From Cylindrospermopsis raciborskii Cr2010 (GTDB taxonomy: Bacteria; Cyanobacteriota; Cyanobacteriia; Cyanobacteriales; Nostocaceae): a stretch of DNA of 32,000 nucleotides. Under the pieces are notes generated by a model that worked only from the letters and a program-made list of their open reading frames with translations, did no database searches and was not told the DNA's origin. Both the position numbers and the translations under genes were made by a program. This document shows, piece after piece, positions 24,472-32,000 of this stretch. Location: contig NZ_CP065936.1 in the NCBI RefSeq assembly GCF_003367075.2, forward strand, positions 2,250,001 to 2,282,000, read 5' to 3'. Numbering within the stretch: position 1 is the first letter of the stretch; every line of letters starts with the position of its first letter.

Positions 24472-27054
24472 GTGGAGTCCAAAACATTATACGACCCAGC
24501 AGCAATTGAAGAAAAATGGCAACAGTTATGGTCAGAACTAGGTTTGGATAAAACACCTCAAGACAAAAACCAACCAAAATTCTACGCCCTTTCTATGTTC
24601 CCCTACCCTTCAGGTAGCTTGCATATGGGTCATGTGCGTAACTACACGATTACAGATGTGATCGCTCGCCTGAAAAGAATGCAAGGGTATCGTGTATTAC
24701 ATCCAATGGGTTGGGATGCCTTTGGATTGCCAGCAGAAAATGCAGCTATTGATAGGGGTGTTCCTCCAGCGAAGTGGACATACCAAAATATTGACCAGAT
24801 GAGACAACAATTAAAACGTCTGGGTTTATCCTTAGACTGGGAAGCTGAAGTTGCTACTTGCTCATCCGATTATTATCGCTGGACACAATGGATTTTTCTG
24901 CAATTTTTAGCAGCTGGTTTAGCCTATCAAAAAGAGGCGGCTGTTAATTGGGATCCTATAGACCAAACTGTATTAGCTAATGAACAAGTAGATGCTGAAG
25001 GAAGATCTTGGCGTAGTGGTGCGATCGTAGAACGTAAGATGTTGCGTCAATGGTTTCTCAAAATTACAGCCTATGCGGAGGAACTATTAAATGATCTAGA
25101 ACATTTACCCGGTTGGCCCGAACGGGTAAAGATAATGCAGGCCAACTGGATTGGCAAATCTACAGGTGCATATTTAGAATTTCCTATTGTGGGGTTAAGG
25201 GAAAAAATTGGTGTTTATACCACTCGTCCCGATACGGTTTATGGAGTGAGTTATATTGTATTAGCTCCCGAGCACCCCTTAACTAAAATGGTAACCAATG
25301 CGGAACAAAAAGCAGCGGTGGAAGCGTTTATTGCAGAAGTAAGTAGTCAAAGTGAGTTAGAAAGGACTGCAGAGGACAAACCTAAGCGGGGTATTCCTAC
25401 TGGTGGGAAGGCTATCAACCCTTTCACCCAACAGGAAGTACCCATCTGGATTGCCGACTACGTACTTTATGAGTATGGGACTGGTGCGGTGATGGGTGTA
25501 CCTGCTCATGATGCACGGGATTTCAAATTTGCCCGGGAGCAAAATTTAGAGATTAAGGTAGTAATTGTACCAGAAATTGGTAATCAGGAAACCCTAACTA
25601 AAGCCTATACAGAAGGGGGAGTTTTAGTTAACTCCGGTCAGTTTAATGGCATGAATTCAGCAGACGGCAAAAAGGCAATTATTGAATATGCTCAAGAGCA
25701 GGGTTTTGGTAGCCAGAAAGTTCAATATCGCCTACGAGATTGGTTAATTTCTCGTCAACGTTATTGGGGTGCGCCTATTCCAGTGATTCATTGTCCTGAA
25801 TGTGGTATGGTTCCAGTACCAGAAGCGGATTTACCCGTAGAATTACCAGAAGAATTGGAATTTACCGGTCGTGGTGGATCGCCCTTAGCTCAGTTAGAAA
25901 GTTGGTTGAATGTACCCTGTCCTAATTGTGGTACTCCAGCCAAAAGAGAGACGGACACTATGGATACTTTTATCGATTCTTCTTGGTATTTCTTACGTTA
26001 TACTGATGCCAAAAATGCCCAACAAATTTTTGATAGCAGTCGGGTAAATGATTGGATGCCAGTGGATCAATATGTGGGTGGTATTGAGCATGCCATTTTG
26101 CATTTGTTGTATTCTCGTTTCTTCACCAAGGTGTTAAGAGATAGGGGTTTATTGAATTTTGATGAACCATTTCAAAGGTTATTAACCCAGGGAATGGTAC
26201 AGGGTTTAACATATATGAACCCCAACAAAAGTGGTAAAGACAAATGGGTTCCTTCCCATTTAGTTGATGCTAATCATCCTGTGGATCCTCAAACAAGGGA
26301 ACCTTTACAACGTGTTTATGCAACCATGTCTAAATCAAAAGGTAATGGGGTAGCACCAGAAGACGTAATTTCTAAGTATGGTGTTGACACAGCGCGGATG
26401 TTTATTTTATTCAAAGCACCACCTGAGAAAGATTTGGAATGGGATGAAGCTGATGTTGAAGGACAATTTCGATTTTTAAATCGTGTTTGGAGATTGGTGA
26501 ATGATTATGCCAATATGGGAGTCTGTGGAAAAAAAGTTGATTTAGAGAAATTGACAAAGGAAGAGAAAGATTTAAGAAGGACAACTCACTTAGCTATTAA
26601 AGCAATTACGGAAGATGTAGAAGACGAATATCAGTTTAACACAGCAATTTCAGAACTCATGAAATTGAGCAATGCTCTCACTGATGGAAAATGTCATAAT
26701 TCACCAATTTATGCAGAAGGGATTAAAAATTTAGTGATTATGTTAGCTCCTTTTGCACCCCATATTGCTGATGAGTTATGGAGTTCACTGGGGAATAAGG
26801 GTTCAGTACATCAGCAAGGTTGGCCAAGTTTTGACCCAGGAGCTTTGATAGCTGATGAAATTACCCTAGTAATTCAAATTATGGGGAAAACCCGTGGTGC
26901 AATTCAAGTTCCTTCCCAAATAGATAAAATGGCCTTGGAAAAATATGCGCGGGAATCAGAGGTGGCAAAACGTTATATTGAGGGGAAAGAAGTCAAAAAG
27001 GTCATTGTTGTTCCCGGTAAGCTGGTGAATTTTGTCCTAGACCAGAAGGAATAG
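24472..27054 (+). CDS. leuS: Leucyl-tRNA synthetase
   Basis: 860 aa. The class I HIGH motif appears as [11 protein letters not shown] and the KMSKS motif as TMSKSKGNG. The CP1 editing domain is present ([20 protein letters not shown]), as are zinc-like cysteines (CPECG...CPNCG). GTG start with AGGAG 8 nt upstream. Confidence 0.97.
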   Translation: MESKTLYDPAAIEEKWQQLWSELGLDKTPQDKNQPKFYALSMFPYPSGSLHMGHVRNYTITDVIARLKRMQGYRVLHPMGWDAFGLPAENAAIDRGVPPAKWTYQNIDQMRQQLKRLGLSLDWEAEVATCSSDYYRWTQWIFLQFLAAGLAYQKEAAVNWDPIDQTVLANEQVDAEGRSWRSGAIVERKMLRQWFLKITAYAEELLNDLEHLPGWPERVKIMQANWIGKSTGAYLEFPIVGLREKIGVYTTRPDTVYGVSYIVLAPEHPLTKMVTNAEQKAAVEAFIAEVSSQSELERTAEDKPKRGIPTGGKAINPFTQQEVPIWIADYVLYEYGTGAVMGVPAHDARDFKFAREQNLEIKVVIVPEIGNQETLTKAYTEGGVLVNSGQFNGMNSADGKKAIIEYAQEQGFGSQKVQYRLRDWLISRQRYWGAPIPVIHCPECGMVPVPEADLPVELPEELEFTGRGGSPLAQLESWLNVPCPNCGTPAKRETDTMDTFIDSSWYFLRYTDAKNAQQIFDSSRVNDWMPVDQYVGGIEHAILHLLYSRFFTKVLRDRGLLNFDEPFQRLLTQGMVQGLTYMNPNKSGKDKWVPSHLVDANHPVDPQTREPLQRVYATMSKSKGNGVAPEDVISKYGVDTARMFILFKAPPEKDLEWDEADVEGQFRFLNRVWRLVNDYANMGVCGKKVDLEKLTKEEKDLRRTTHLAIKAITEDVEDEYQFNTAISELMKLSNALTDGKCHNSPIYAEGIKNLVIMLAPFAPHIADELWSSLGNKGSVHQQGWPSFDPGALIADEITLVIQIMGKTRGAIQVPSQIDKMALEKYARESEVAKRYIEGKEVKKVIVVPGKLVNFVLDQKE

Positions 27055-27068
27055 CTGGGGTCACCTTT

Positions 27069-27190
27069 TAATTGGGTGGGTGGAATTAAACATAATATGA
27101 ACGTAGGTTGGGTTGAAGTATGAAACCCAACACCTGCATGGGTTAAGCCACCACTAACCCATCCTACAAATAATTGTGCCTCCCTACTTA
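27069..27190 (+). repeat. Dispersed hairpin repeat, full form (copy B, 122 nt), between convergent leuS and the DUF29 gene
   Basis: TAATTGGGTGGGTGGAATTAAACATAATATGAACGTAGGTTGGGTTGAAGTATGAAACCCAACACCTGCATGGGTTAAGCCACCACTAACCCATCCTACAAATAATTGTGCCTCCCTACTTA. Hairpin 1 is GTTGGGTT-GAAGTATGA-AACCCAAC. Hairpin 2 is ATGGGTTA-AGCCACCAC-TAACCCAT. My hand alignment to copy C gives about 15 mismatches and no gaps over 122 nt. The last three bases (TTA, 27188-27190) are the TAA stop of the DUF29 gene on the minus strand. Confidence 0.85.
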
Positions 27191-27625
27191 ATTGGGAAAA
27201 TAGTCAGCATCTAGGATTTGTTCTGGGGTAAAGGGACATTCACAGGGAAAAGTGTTATGGGAAAGATTAGTTTCATTAACAGTGGCCCGAACAGCTTTTT
27301 GATAACAATTGGACAAAATTGTTTGCAAGTAAGGTTTTAAACTGGGACTATCTTTCAGAATTAATTCCAATTGTTCTCTTTGTTCATCAATAGTATTCAA
27401 CCAGCTAGAAGTTCTTTTTTGGGGCTGATATTTCCATTTTAATAGGTGCAAGACTAATATTTTCAAACGACTGAACGTTTCCCGTTTTTCACTATTCCCC
27501 ATGGATTTGATTTCTTCGATTAAGTTTTCTCGGTCTAGGTTGGTTAGGTCTCCATTTTGAAGGGAATTGATAGTTTGTTCTATCCAAAGATGAAAGTCTT
27601 TTTCATAGAGGGTTTGAATAGTCAT
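27188..27625 (-). CDS. DUF29-family protein (helical bundle, unknown function)
   Basis: 145 aa beginning MTIQTLYEKDFHLWIEQTINSLQNGDLTNLDRENLIEEIKSMGNSEKRE, continuing ...LLKWKYQPQKRTSSWLNTIDEQR. This is the classic DUF29 N-terminal pattern (YexDfyxWxxeqaxlLrxgxxxxlDxenLaEEIesmgxsekre), common in cyanobacteria. Its ATG directly abuts the folB stop (TAAATG). Confidence 0.85.
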   Translation of the reverse strand: MTIQTLYEKDFHLWIEQTINSLQNGDLTNLDRENLIEEIKSMGNSEKRETFSRLKILVLHLLKWKYQPQKRTSSWLNTIDEQREQLELILKDSPSLKPYLQTILSNCYQKAVRATVNETNLSHNTFPCECPFTPEQILDADYFPN

Positions 27626-28000
27626 TTATAATCCTTTTTCGTCCTTACACTTAGTAATTTGTACGCTGATTCTACCACTAAAGTCAGGAATAGGTGCTGT
27701 AGGTTTAATAACCGTAACTTGCACCTGACTAATCATATCATTGTACTCAAGAATCTCATGAGCAATAGCTCCCGCTAAACGCTCCAACAAATCAAAACTA
27801 GACGCTTTTACCAAATTTTGTACCAAATCAATCACACTGCGGTAGTCCACAGTATGATGTATATTATCAGTAACCGCAGCTTGGGAAAGATCCATCCACA
27901 ATTTTAAATCCACCTCAAACCATTGTCCTAAAATCTTTTCTTCTGGTAAGTACCCAATATAGCCATAACTGCGAATACCTGTTAAATTAATACAGTCCAT
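27626..28000 (-). CDS. folB: Dihydroneopterin aldolase
   Basis: 124 aa beginning MDCINLTGIRSYGYIGYLPEEKILGQWFEVDLKLWMDL, with ...TVDYRSVIDLV...LLERLAGAIAHEIL later. This matches the FolB family pattern (I.l.gl.f.g.hGv..eE...gQ.f.vDl.l..d). Confidence 0.9.
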   Translation of the reverse strand: MDCINLTGIRSYGYIGYLPEEKILGQWFEVDLKLWMDLSQAAVTDNIHHTVDYRSVIDLVQNLVKASSFDLLERLAGAIAHEILEYNDMISQVQVTVIKPTAPIPDFSGRISVQITKCKDEKGL

Positions 28001-28029
28001 AAAAATCTTCCGGTTCTAGAATTCCTTTA

Positions 28030-29766
28030 ATGCACTTGGTTTTTAAAAATGTCAATCAGTTGTGGTCCTATGTGGTAGTCTCCACCCTAAAGCATTTGGG
28101 GTTAGATTTTGCTGTTTTATGTCCTGGTTCCCGTTCCACTCCCTTAACTTTGGCATTTTGTCAAGAAGGATCAGATATTGAACCTATACCAATTCTGGAC
28201 GAACGTTCAGGGGCTTTTTTTGCCCTGGGAAGGGCGAAAGCTACGAGAAAACCCGTAGTGCTAGTGTGCACTTCTGGAACAGCGGGGGCAAATTTTTACC
28301 CTGCAGTAATCGAAGCCAAGGAAAGTTGTGTACCCCTGTTACTCCTAACTGCTGATAGACCACCAGAATTACGAGATTGTCATTCTGGACAAACTATTGA
28401 CCAGGTCAAATTATATGGTAATTATCCCAATTGGCAAACGGAGTTAGCAACTCCCCTTGCTGAAATACAAATGTTAGGTTATTTGCGACAAACCATAATT
28501 CATGCTTGGAAACGTTGTCAGTTTCCTAGGGGAGGAGTTGTACACTTGAATATACCCTTTCGTGATCCTCTTGCACCAGTTGCTGATGGAACTGATTTTA
28601 TATTGGACACAGAAGAATTTTTCAGGGGAATCATTCCCACCCCCTTACCAACTGTCAATTACCCATTACCCTTAGAATGGAAAAAATATGAACGGGGTAT
28701 TATTATTGCAGGAGTAGCACAACCTCAAGACCCGGAAAAATATTGTCAGGCCATTTCTTGTCTTTCTCGAACCTTACAATGGCCAGTTCTCGCAGAAGGA
28801 CTTTCTCCGGTGAGGAATTACGCGGATTTATGTCCTTATTTAATTTCCACATACGATCTGATTTTACGTAATCCACAACTGCGTCAGGAATTAACTCCAC
28901 AAATAATAATTCAAATTGGGGAAATGCCCACTAGCAAAGAATTACGCCATTGGTTAGTGGATGTCAATGCTCAGCGTTTTGTCATTGATAATTCTTTTGA
29001 AAATATAGACCCCCTGCATGGAAAAACGGTACACCTGAAAATATCTGTAGAGGATTTAGACTTTGGGGGAGTGTGGCATAGCATGGCGAGTTTATGTTCA
29101 CAACAGTATTTACAACAATGGTGTGCCATGGAAGCAGCAGTGAGAAAAAATATTGATGATATGTTTTTAAAAACTGAAGAGTTAACCGAAAGCAAAGCTG
29201 CTTGGTTGATTTCTCAGCTACTCCCAGAAAACACTCCATTATTTATTGCTAATAGTATGCCAGTACGGGATGTAGAATTCTTTTGGAAACCCAACAGTTT
29301 AAGAATCAAACCCTACTTTAATCGAGGTGCTAATGGTATTGACGGTAGTCTTTCCACCGCTTTGGGAATAGTCCATCAACATCACACAAGTCTTGGTGGT
29401 GTAATGCTCACAGGAGACCTAGCTCTATTACATGACACCAATGGTTTTTTGCTCAGAAATAAGTTCCTAGGACATTTGACCATCGTGTTAATCAATAATA
29501 ATGGTGGTGGTATTTTTGAAATGTTGCCCATTGCCAATTTTGATCCGCCCTTTGAAGATTTTTTTGCCACCCCCCAAAATATTAACTTTGCCGATTTGTG
29601 TGTTACCTATGGTGTTGACTATGAACTAATTAGTTCTTGGCATCAGTTAGAAGAAAGATTGAGAATTTTGCCCAGTCAGGGAATTAGGGTTTTAGAAATT
29701 CCCACCAACAGAAAAAGGGATGCTCAATGGAGAAAGCAGTGTTTAGGAAAAATGTCCTTGCTTTAG
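28030..29766 (+). CDS. menD: 2-succinyl-5-enolpyruvyl-6-hydroxy-3-cyclohexene-1-carboxylate synthase (phylloquinone pathway)
   Basis: 578 aa. The N-terminus has [21 protein letters not shown] and [16 protein letters not shown]...[13 protein letters not shown]. The C-terminal ThDP motif is [11 protein letters not shown]...[10 protein letters not shown]. Confidence 0.93.
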   Translation: MHLVFKNVNQLWSYVVVSTLKHLGLDFAVLCPGSRSTPLTLAFCQEGSDIEPIPILDERSGAFFALGRAKATRKPVVLVCTSGTAGANFYPAVIEAKESCVPLLLLTADRPPELRDCHSGQTIDQVKLYGNYPNWQTELATPLAEIQMLGYLRQTIIHAWKRCQFPRGGVVHLNIPFRDPLAPVADGTDFILDTEEFFRGIIPTPLPTVNYPLPLEWKKYERGIIIAGVAQPQDPEKYCQAISCLSRTLQWPVLAEGLSPVRNYADLCPYLISTYDLILRNPQLRQELTPQIIIQIGEMPTSKELRHWLVDVNAQRFVIDNSFENIDPLHGKTVHLKISVEDLDFGGVWHSMASLCSQQYLQQWCAMEAAVRKNIDDMFLKTEELTESKAAWLISQLLPENTPLFIANSMPVRDVEFFWKPNSLRIKPYFNRGANGIDGSLSTALGIVHQHHTSLGGVMLTGDLALLHDTNGFLLRNKFLGHLTIVLINNNGGGIFEMLPIANFDPPFEDFFATPQNINFADLCVTYGVDYELISSWHQLEERLRILPSQGIRVLEIPTNRKRDAQWRKQCLGKMSLL

Positions 29767-30536
29767 TATTTATCTTTCATTCCCCGAATTTTAGCGAAGG
29801 TTTGTATGGGGTCACTACTGTTGACAGCTAATTGTAATGAGGGTTGATCCCAACGTAAAAAGGGATTTGTTAATTTTTCTGTACCCAGGAGAGAGGGAAC
29901 TGTAGGTTGCTGAAGTTGACGAAGAGCTGTTACTTCTGTCAAACGTTTTTGTAATTCTTGGTTTTCACTATCTACTGTTAGCGCAAAGCGTAGGTTATTC
30001 CAGGTGTACTCATGGGCGCACCAAACCCGGGTGTTATCAGGTAAAGCTCTCAGTTGAGTCAAAGACTCCACCATTTGTGCTGGTGTACCTTCAAATAGAC
30101 GACCACAACCACCAGCAAAAAGAGTGTCACCACAAAATAACTCTCCTGTGTCACCGGGTGTGACAGGGGGGAAATAATAGGCAATATGAGCACGAGTATG
30201 ACCAGGTATAAATAATACTATTGCCTGGCGATCGCCAAATTTAACAATATCATTTGCTTGTAGGAACACCTGCTGTCCAGGAATTCTTCCTCGGTCTTGA
30301 ATACCAGCATATATGGTCACCTGGGGAAATTTTTCAATTAATTTCTGATTACCTCCCACATGGTCATGATGATGATGGGTATTAAAAATAGCGACCAAAT
30401 TGCATTGTAATTCTGTAAGTTTTTCCATAACCGGTTCTGGTTGAGCGGGATCGACAACAGCAGCAATATTATGATATGAATCGTATAGGAGAAATATATA
30501 GTTATCAGACAGTGCTGATAATTGAATGATTTGCAT
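29763..30536 (-). CDS. gloB: Hydroxyacylglutathione hydrolase (glyoxalase II, metallo-beta-lactamase fold)
   Basis: From ATG 30534-30536 the protein begins [19 protein letters not shown]. It has the metal motif [11 protein letters not shown], plus [28 protein letters not shown] and CAHEYT..NLRFA. The ORF track extends 12 codons upstream, which does not fit family N-termini. Confidence 0.92.
   Translation of the reverse strand: MQIIQLSALSDNYIFLLYDSYHNIAAVVDPAQPEPVMEKLTELQCNLVAIFNTHHHHDHVGGNQKLIEKFPQVTIYAGIQDRGRIPGQQVFLQANDIVKFGDRQAIVLFIPGHTRAHIAYYFPPVTPGDTGELFCGDTLFAGGCGRLFEGTPAQMVESLTQLRALPDNTRVWCAHEYTWNNLRFALTVDSENQELQKRLTEVTALRQLQQPTVPSLLGTEKLTNPFLRWDQPSLQLAVNSSDPIQTFAKIRGMKDKY
30228..30235. 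repeat. HIP1 octamer GCGATCGC
   Basis: Exact octamer inside gloB. Confidence 0.9.
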
Positions 30537-30615
30537 TATTTTTACCTCATTTATATAAATAAAAATTATCAAATCTCTCTACTTTAAGAAGAGAGATTTA
30601 ACAAAGATTCTTGAG

Positions 30616-30737
30616 TAAGTGGGTGAGTGGAATTAAACATAAGATGAAGGTAGGTTGGGTTGAGGAACGAAACCCAACGCCCCCACGGGTTACCCTACCA
30701 CTAAGCCATCCTACAAATAATTGTGCCTCCCTACTTA
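30616..30737 (+). repeat. Dispersed hairpin repeat, full form (copy C, 122 nt), between the small membrane protein gene and gloB
   Basis: TAAGTGGGTGAGTGGAATTAAACATAAGATGAAGGTAGGTTGGGTTGAGGAACGAAACCCAACGCCCCCACGGGTTACCCTACCACTAAGCCATCCTACAAATAATTGTGCCTCCCTACTTA. The final 32 nt are identical to copy B. The hairpin 1 loop variant is GAGGAACGA. The element ends 3 nt before the stop codon (30741-30743) of the minus-strand membrane protein gene. Confidence 0.85.
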
Positions 30738-30740
30738 CCT

Positions 30741-31115
30741 TCAAGACCAAGAATCTAAATCAAGAGATTGCATCCCACGATTACTAACAAACTCTAGTAA
30801 ACTACCCAGTTGGAACCAGACAAACAAACAAGTTGCCAGACTCAATGGTAGACCTATACCCAAAGCGAGGGGGGAGGGAAAACCAAATATTTCCAATCCA
30901 GAAGACATAAATAAACAAACGCCCCCTGTAATTCCTATAAATGGCAATAACAATTGTTTTAAAGAACCGGATGATTTAATGGGTTCTATCTGATTAGCTG
31001 GCCACTTCTGCACAATTACCTTTAAGGTACCAGACAAAGCAAAACCAGAAGTTAATGCGGCCAGAAAACCTACCAGTAGTAAAATATAAGGTGGTTGAAG
31101 AGGATAGTAATACAT
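30741..31115 (-). CDS. Small hydrophobic membrane protein, unknown function
   Basis: Minus-strand ORF with three or four predicted TM helices (PYILLLVGFLAALTSGFALSG, LLLPFIGITGGVCLFMSSGL, LALGIGLPLSLATCLFVWFQLG). I chose ATG 31113-31115 (MYYYPLQPP...) because AGGAG lies 7 nt upstream. The ORF track uses TTG 31154. The overlapping plus-strand ORF 30721..30993 is rejected. Confidence 0.55.
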   Translation of the reverse strand: MYYYPLQPPYILLLVGFLAALTSGFALSGTLKVIVQKWPANQIEPIKSSGSLKQLLLPFIGITGGVCLFMSSGLEIFGFPSPLALGIGLPLSLATCLFVWFQLGSLLEFVSNRGMQSLDLDSWS

Positions 31116-31163
31116 GAAAACTCCTGATTTTAAAAAACTAACCAACAAAAACAAAATAGGCTA

Positions 31164-32000
31164 TTATTCAGCTATAACAGAGGAAAGAAAAGAACCTGCT
31201 CTGGGTAAAATAGCTGCTACACTTTCCCGAGAGAACTCGGTCAACATATTGAGAGCTACGTTGAGTAAACGATTGGGGGGTAAATCATCTTTGACTAACT
31301 CCCATAATCTTTGTACCTCATCAGTATGCAAACGGTCGTCTTCAGTCAACGCTAAAACCAATTGACGACGCAAGAATTTACCCTCTTCAGAAAGTAAATA
31401 CTGTAAACCCATTTTCGCCGTGGGAACCATATCAAACTCCCCATCTGTACGAGCAATGGAAATCAAATTTTCCAACCTTTGCCATTGGAACTTACCATTT
31501 TTAAATAGCACGTTCAATAACCGTCTTCTTAACGCAGGTGATTCACCAGTGAGTAGACGACGTGCTATGTATGGATAGCCAACCTCCACAATTTTAAAAT
31601 TGCGGTTAAGACTCAACGCAATCCCTTCCTGGGTTACCAGGGAGCGAATAATCAAAGCAAATTTGGCAGGAACTCGGAAGGGGTAATCATACATTAATTC
31701 CGAAAATTCATCGGTGATAGTTTTAAAGTTAAAATCCCCAACATTCTTACCAATGGCATTCCCTAAAACCGCTTCTAACGCTGGAATAATAGGACTAATA
31801 TTTGTCCCGGGGGCTAAAAAACCCAAACTGACAAAATCTTCCGCTAGATCGGCGTAATCCTTATTCACAAGATGCACCAGCGCATCCACTAAAGTTTCCT
31901 TAGTAGTTTCCTCCAACTGATCCATCATGCCAAAGTCAATGTAAGCCATGCGACCATCATCCACCGCAAACAAATTACCCGGATGGGGATCCGCATGGAA
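31164..32000 (-). CDS. ABC1/UbiB (AarF)-family atypical kinase, C-terminal part (gene continues past the right edge)
   Basis: Minus-strand translation from the window edge reads FHADPHPGNLFAVDDGRMAYIDFGMMDQL. These are the HADPHPGN catalytic loop and DFG motif of ABC1-family kinases, followed by the family C-terminal helical region. The frame is open to position 32000. Confidence 0.85.
   Translation of the reverse strand, partial: FHADPHPGNLFAVDDGRMAYIDFGMMDQLEETTKETLVDALVHLVNKDYADLAEDFVSLGFLAPGTNISPIIPALEAVLGNAIGKNVGDFNFKTITDEFSELMYDYPFRVPAKFALIIRSLVTQEGIALSLNRNFKIVEVGYPYIARRLLTGESPALRRRLLNVLFKNGKFQWQRLENLISIARTDGEFDMVPTAKMGLQYLLSEEGKFLRRQLVLALTEDDRLHTDEVQRLWELVKDDLPPNRLLNVALNMLTEFSRESVAAILPRAGSFLSSVIAE

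Noticed and set aside
7453-30737. Whether the four repeat copies could be a CRISPR array or encode peptides (MLGFVPQPNL-like ORFs)
   Set aside because: The copies are kilobases apart with genes between them, so this is not a repeat-spacer array. Reading frames through them lack start codons or stop within a few codons (e.g. ATG GGT TAG on the minus strand of copy B).
1137-31365. Seventeen 60-134 aa ORFs from the track lying inside or antisense to larger genes: 1137..1319, 2171..2404, 4699..4893, 8119..8334, 11971..12186, 12673..12861, 16151..16333, 21449..21649, 21881..22285, 22456..22680, 25357..25542, 28703..28900, 28971..29195, 28982..29239, 29382..29570, 30721..30993, 31114..31365
   Set aside because: All are embedded in, or opposite to, long ORFs with clear family signatures. 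Their translations are low-complexity or Ser/Arg/Lys-rich with no recognisable motifs, which is typical of shadow ORFs.

Overview
AT-rich chromosomal segment that looks like a heterocyst-forming (Nostocales-type) cyanobacterium. Support: hgl/hgd gene content, three perfect HIP1 octamers (GCGATCGC), and a GTTGGGTT-loop-AACCCAAC dispersed repeat. Positions 1-20755 hold a heterocyst envelope glycolipid (HGL) island in two divergent operons. On the minus strand is a PUFA-synthase-like split PKS: hglE (KS-AT-ACP-ACP-pseudoKR), hglF (KR-DH), hglG (KS), hglD (CLF-AT) and hglC (PfaD-type ER, truncated by the window edge). On the plus strand is a deposition/glycosylation operon: DevB-like hgdB, DevC-like hgdC, SDR hgdA, a secreted DUF2141 protein, a membrane GT2 and a GT4 (hglT-like). 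The two operons are separated by a 1.14 kb AT-rich gap with no ORF of 60 aa or more. The rest is housekeeping: a TRAP transporter (dctQM divergent from dctP), leuS, a DUF29 gene, folB, menD, gloB, a small membrane protein and a truncated ABC1/UbiB-type kinase. I see no rRNA, tRNA, CRISPR array, transposase or recognisable defence system, and no wholly novel multi-gene system. The items that seem least explained are: (i) a 98-122 nt modular hairpin repeat in four copies, each abutting or supplying a stop codon; (ii) the long ORF-free divergent control region with a perfect 14-bp palindrome; (iii) a repeated H-x-x-[YF]-L helical motif shared by HglE and the HglD C-terminus; (iv) uncharacterised island members (DUF2141, membrane GT2) and a DevBC pair with no ATPase gene. 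hgl/hgd symbols are assigned by domain content plus remembered synteny with Anabaena PCC 7120 alr5351-alr5355 and all5341-all5347, not by any search.
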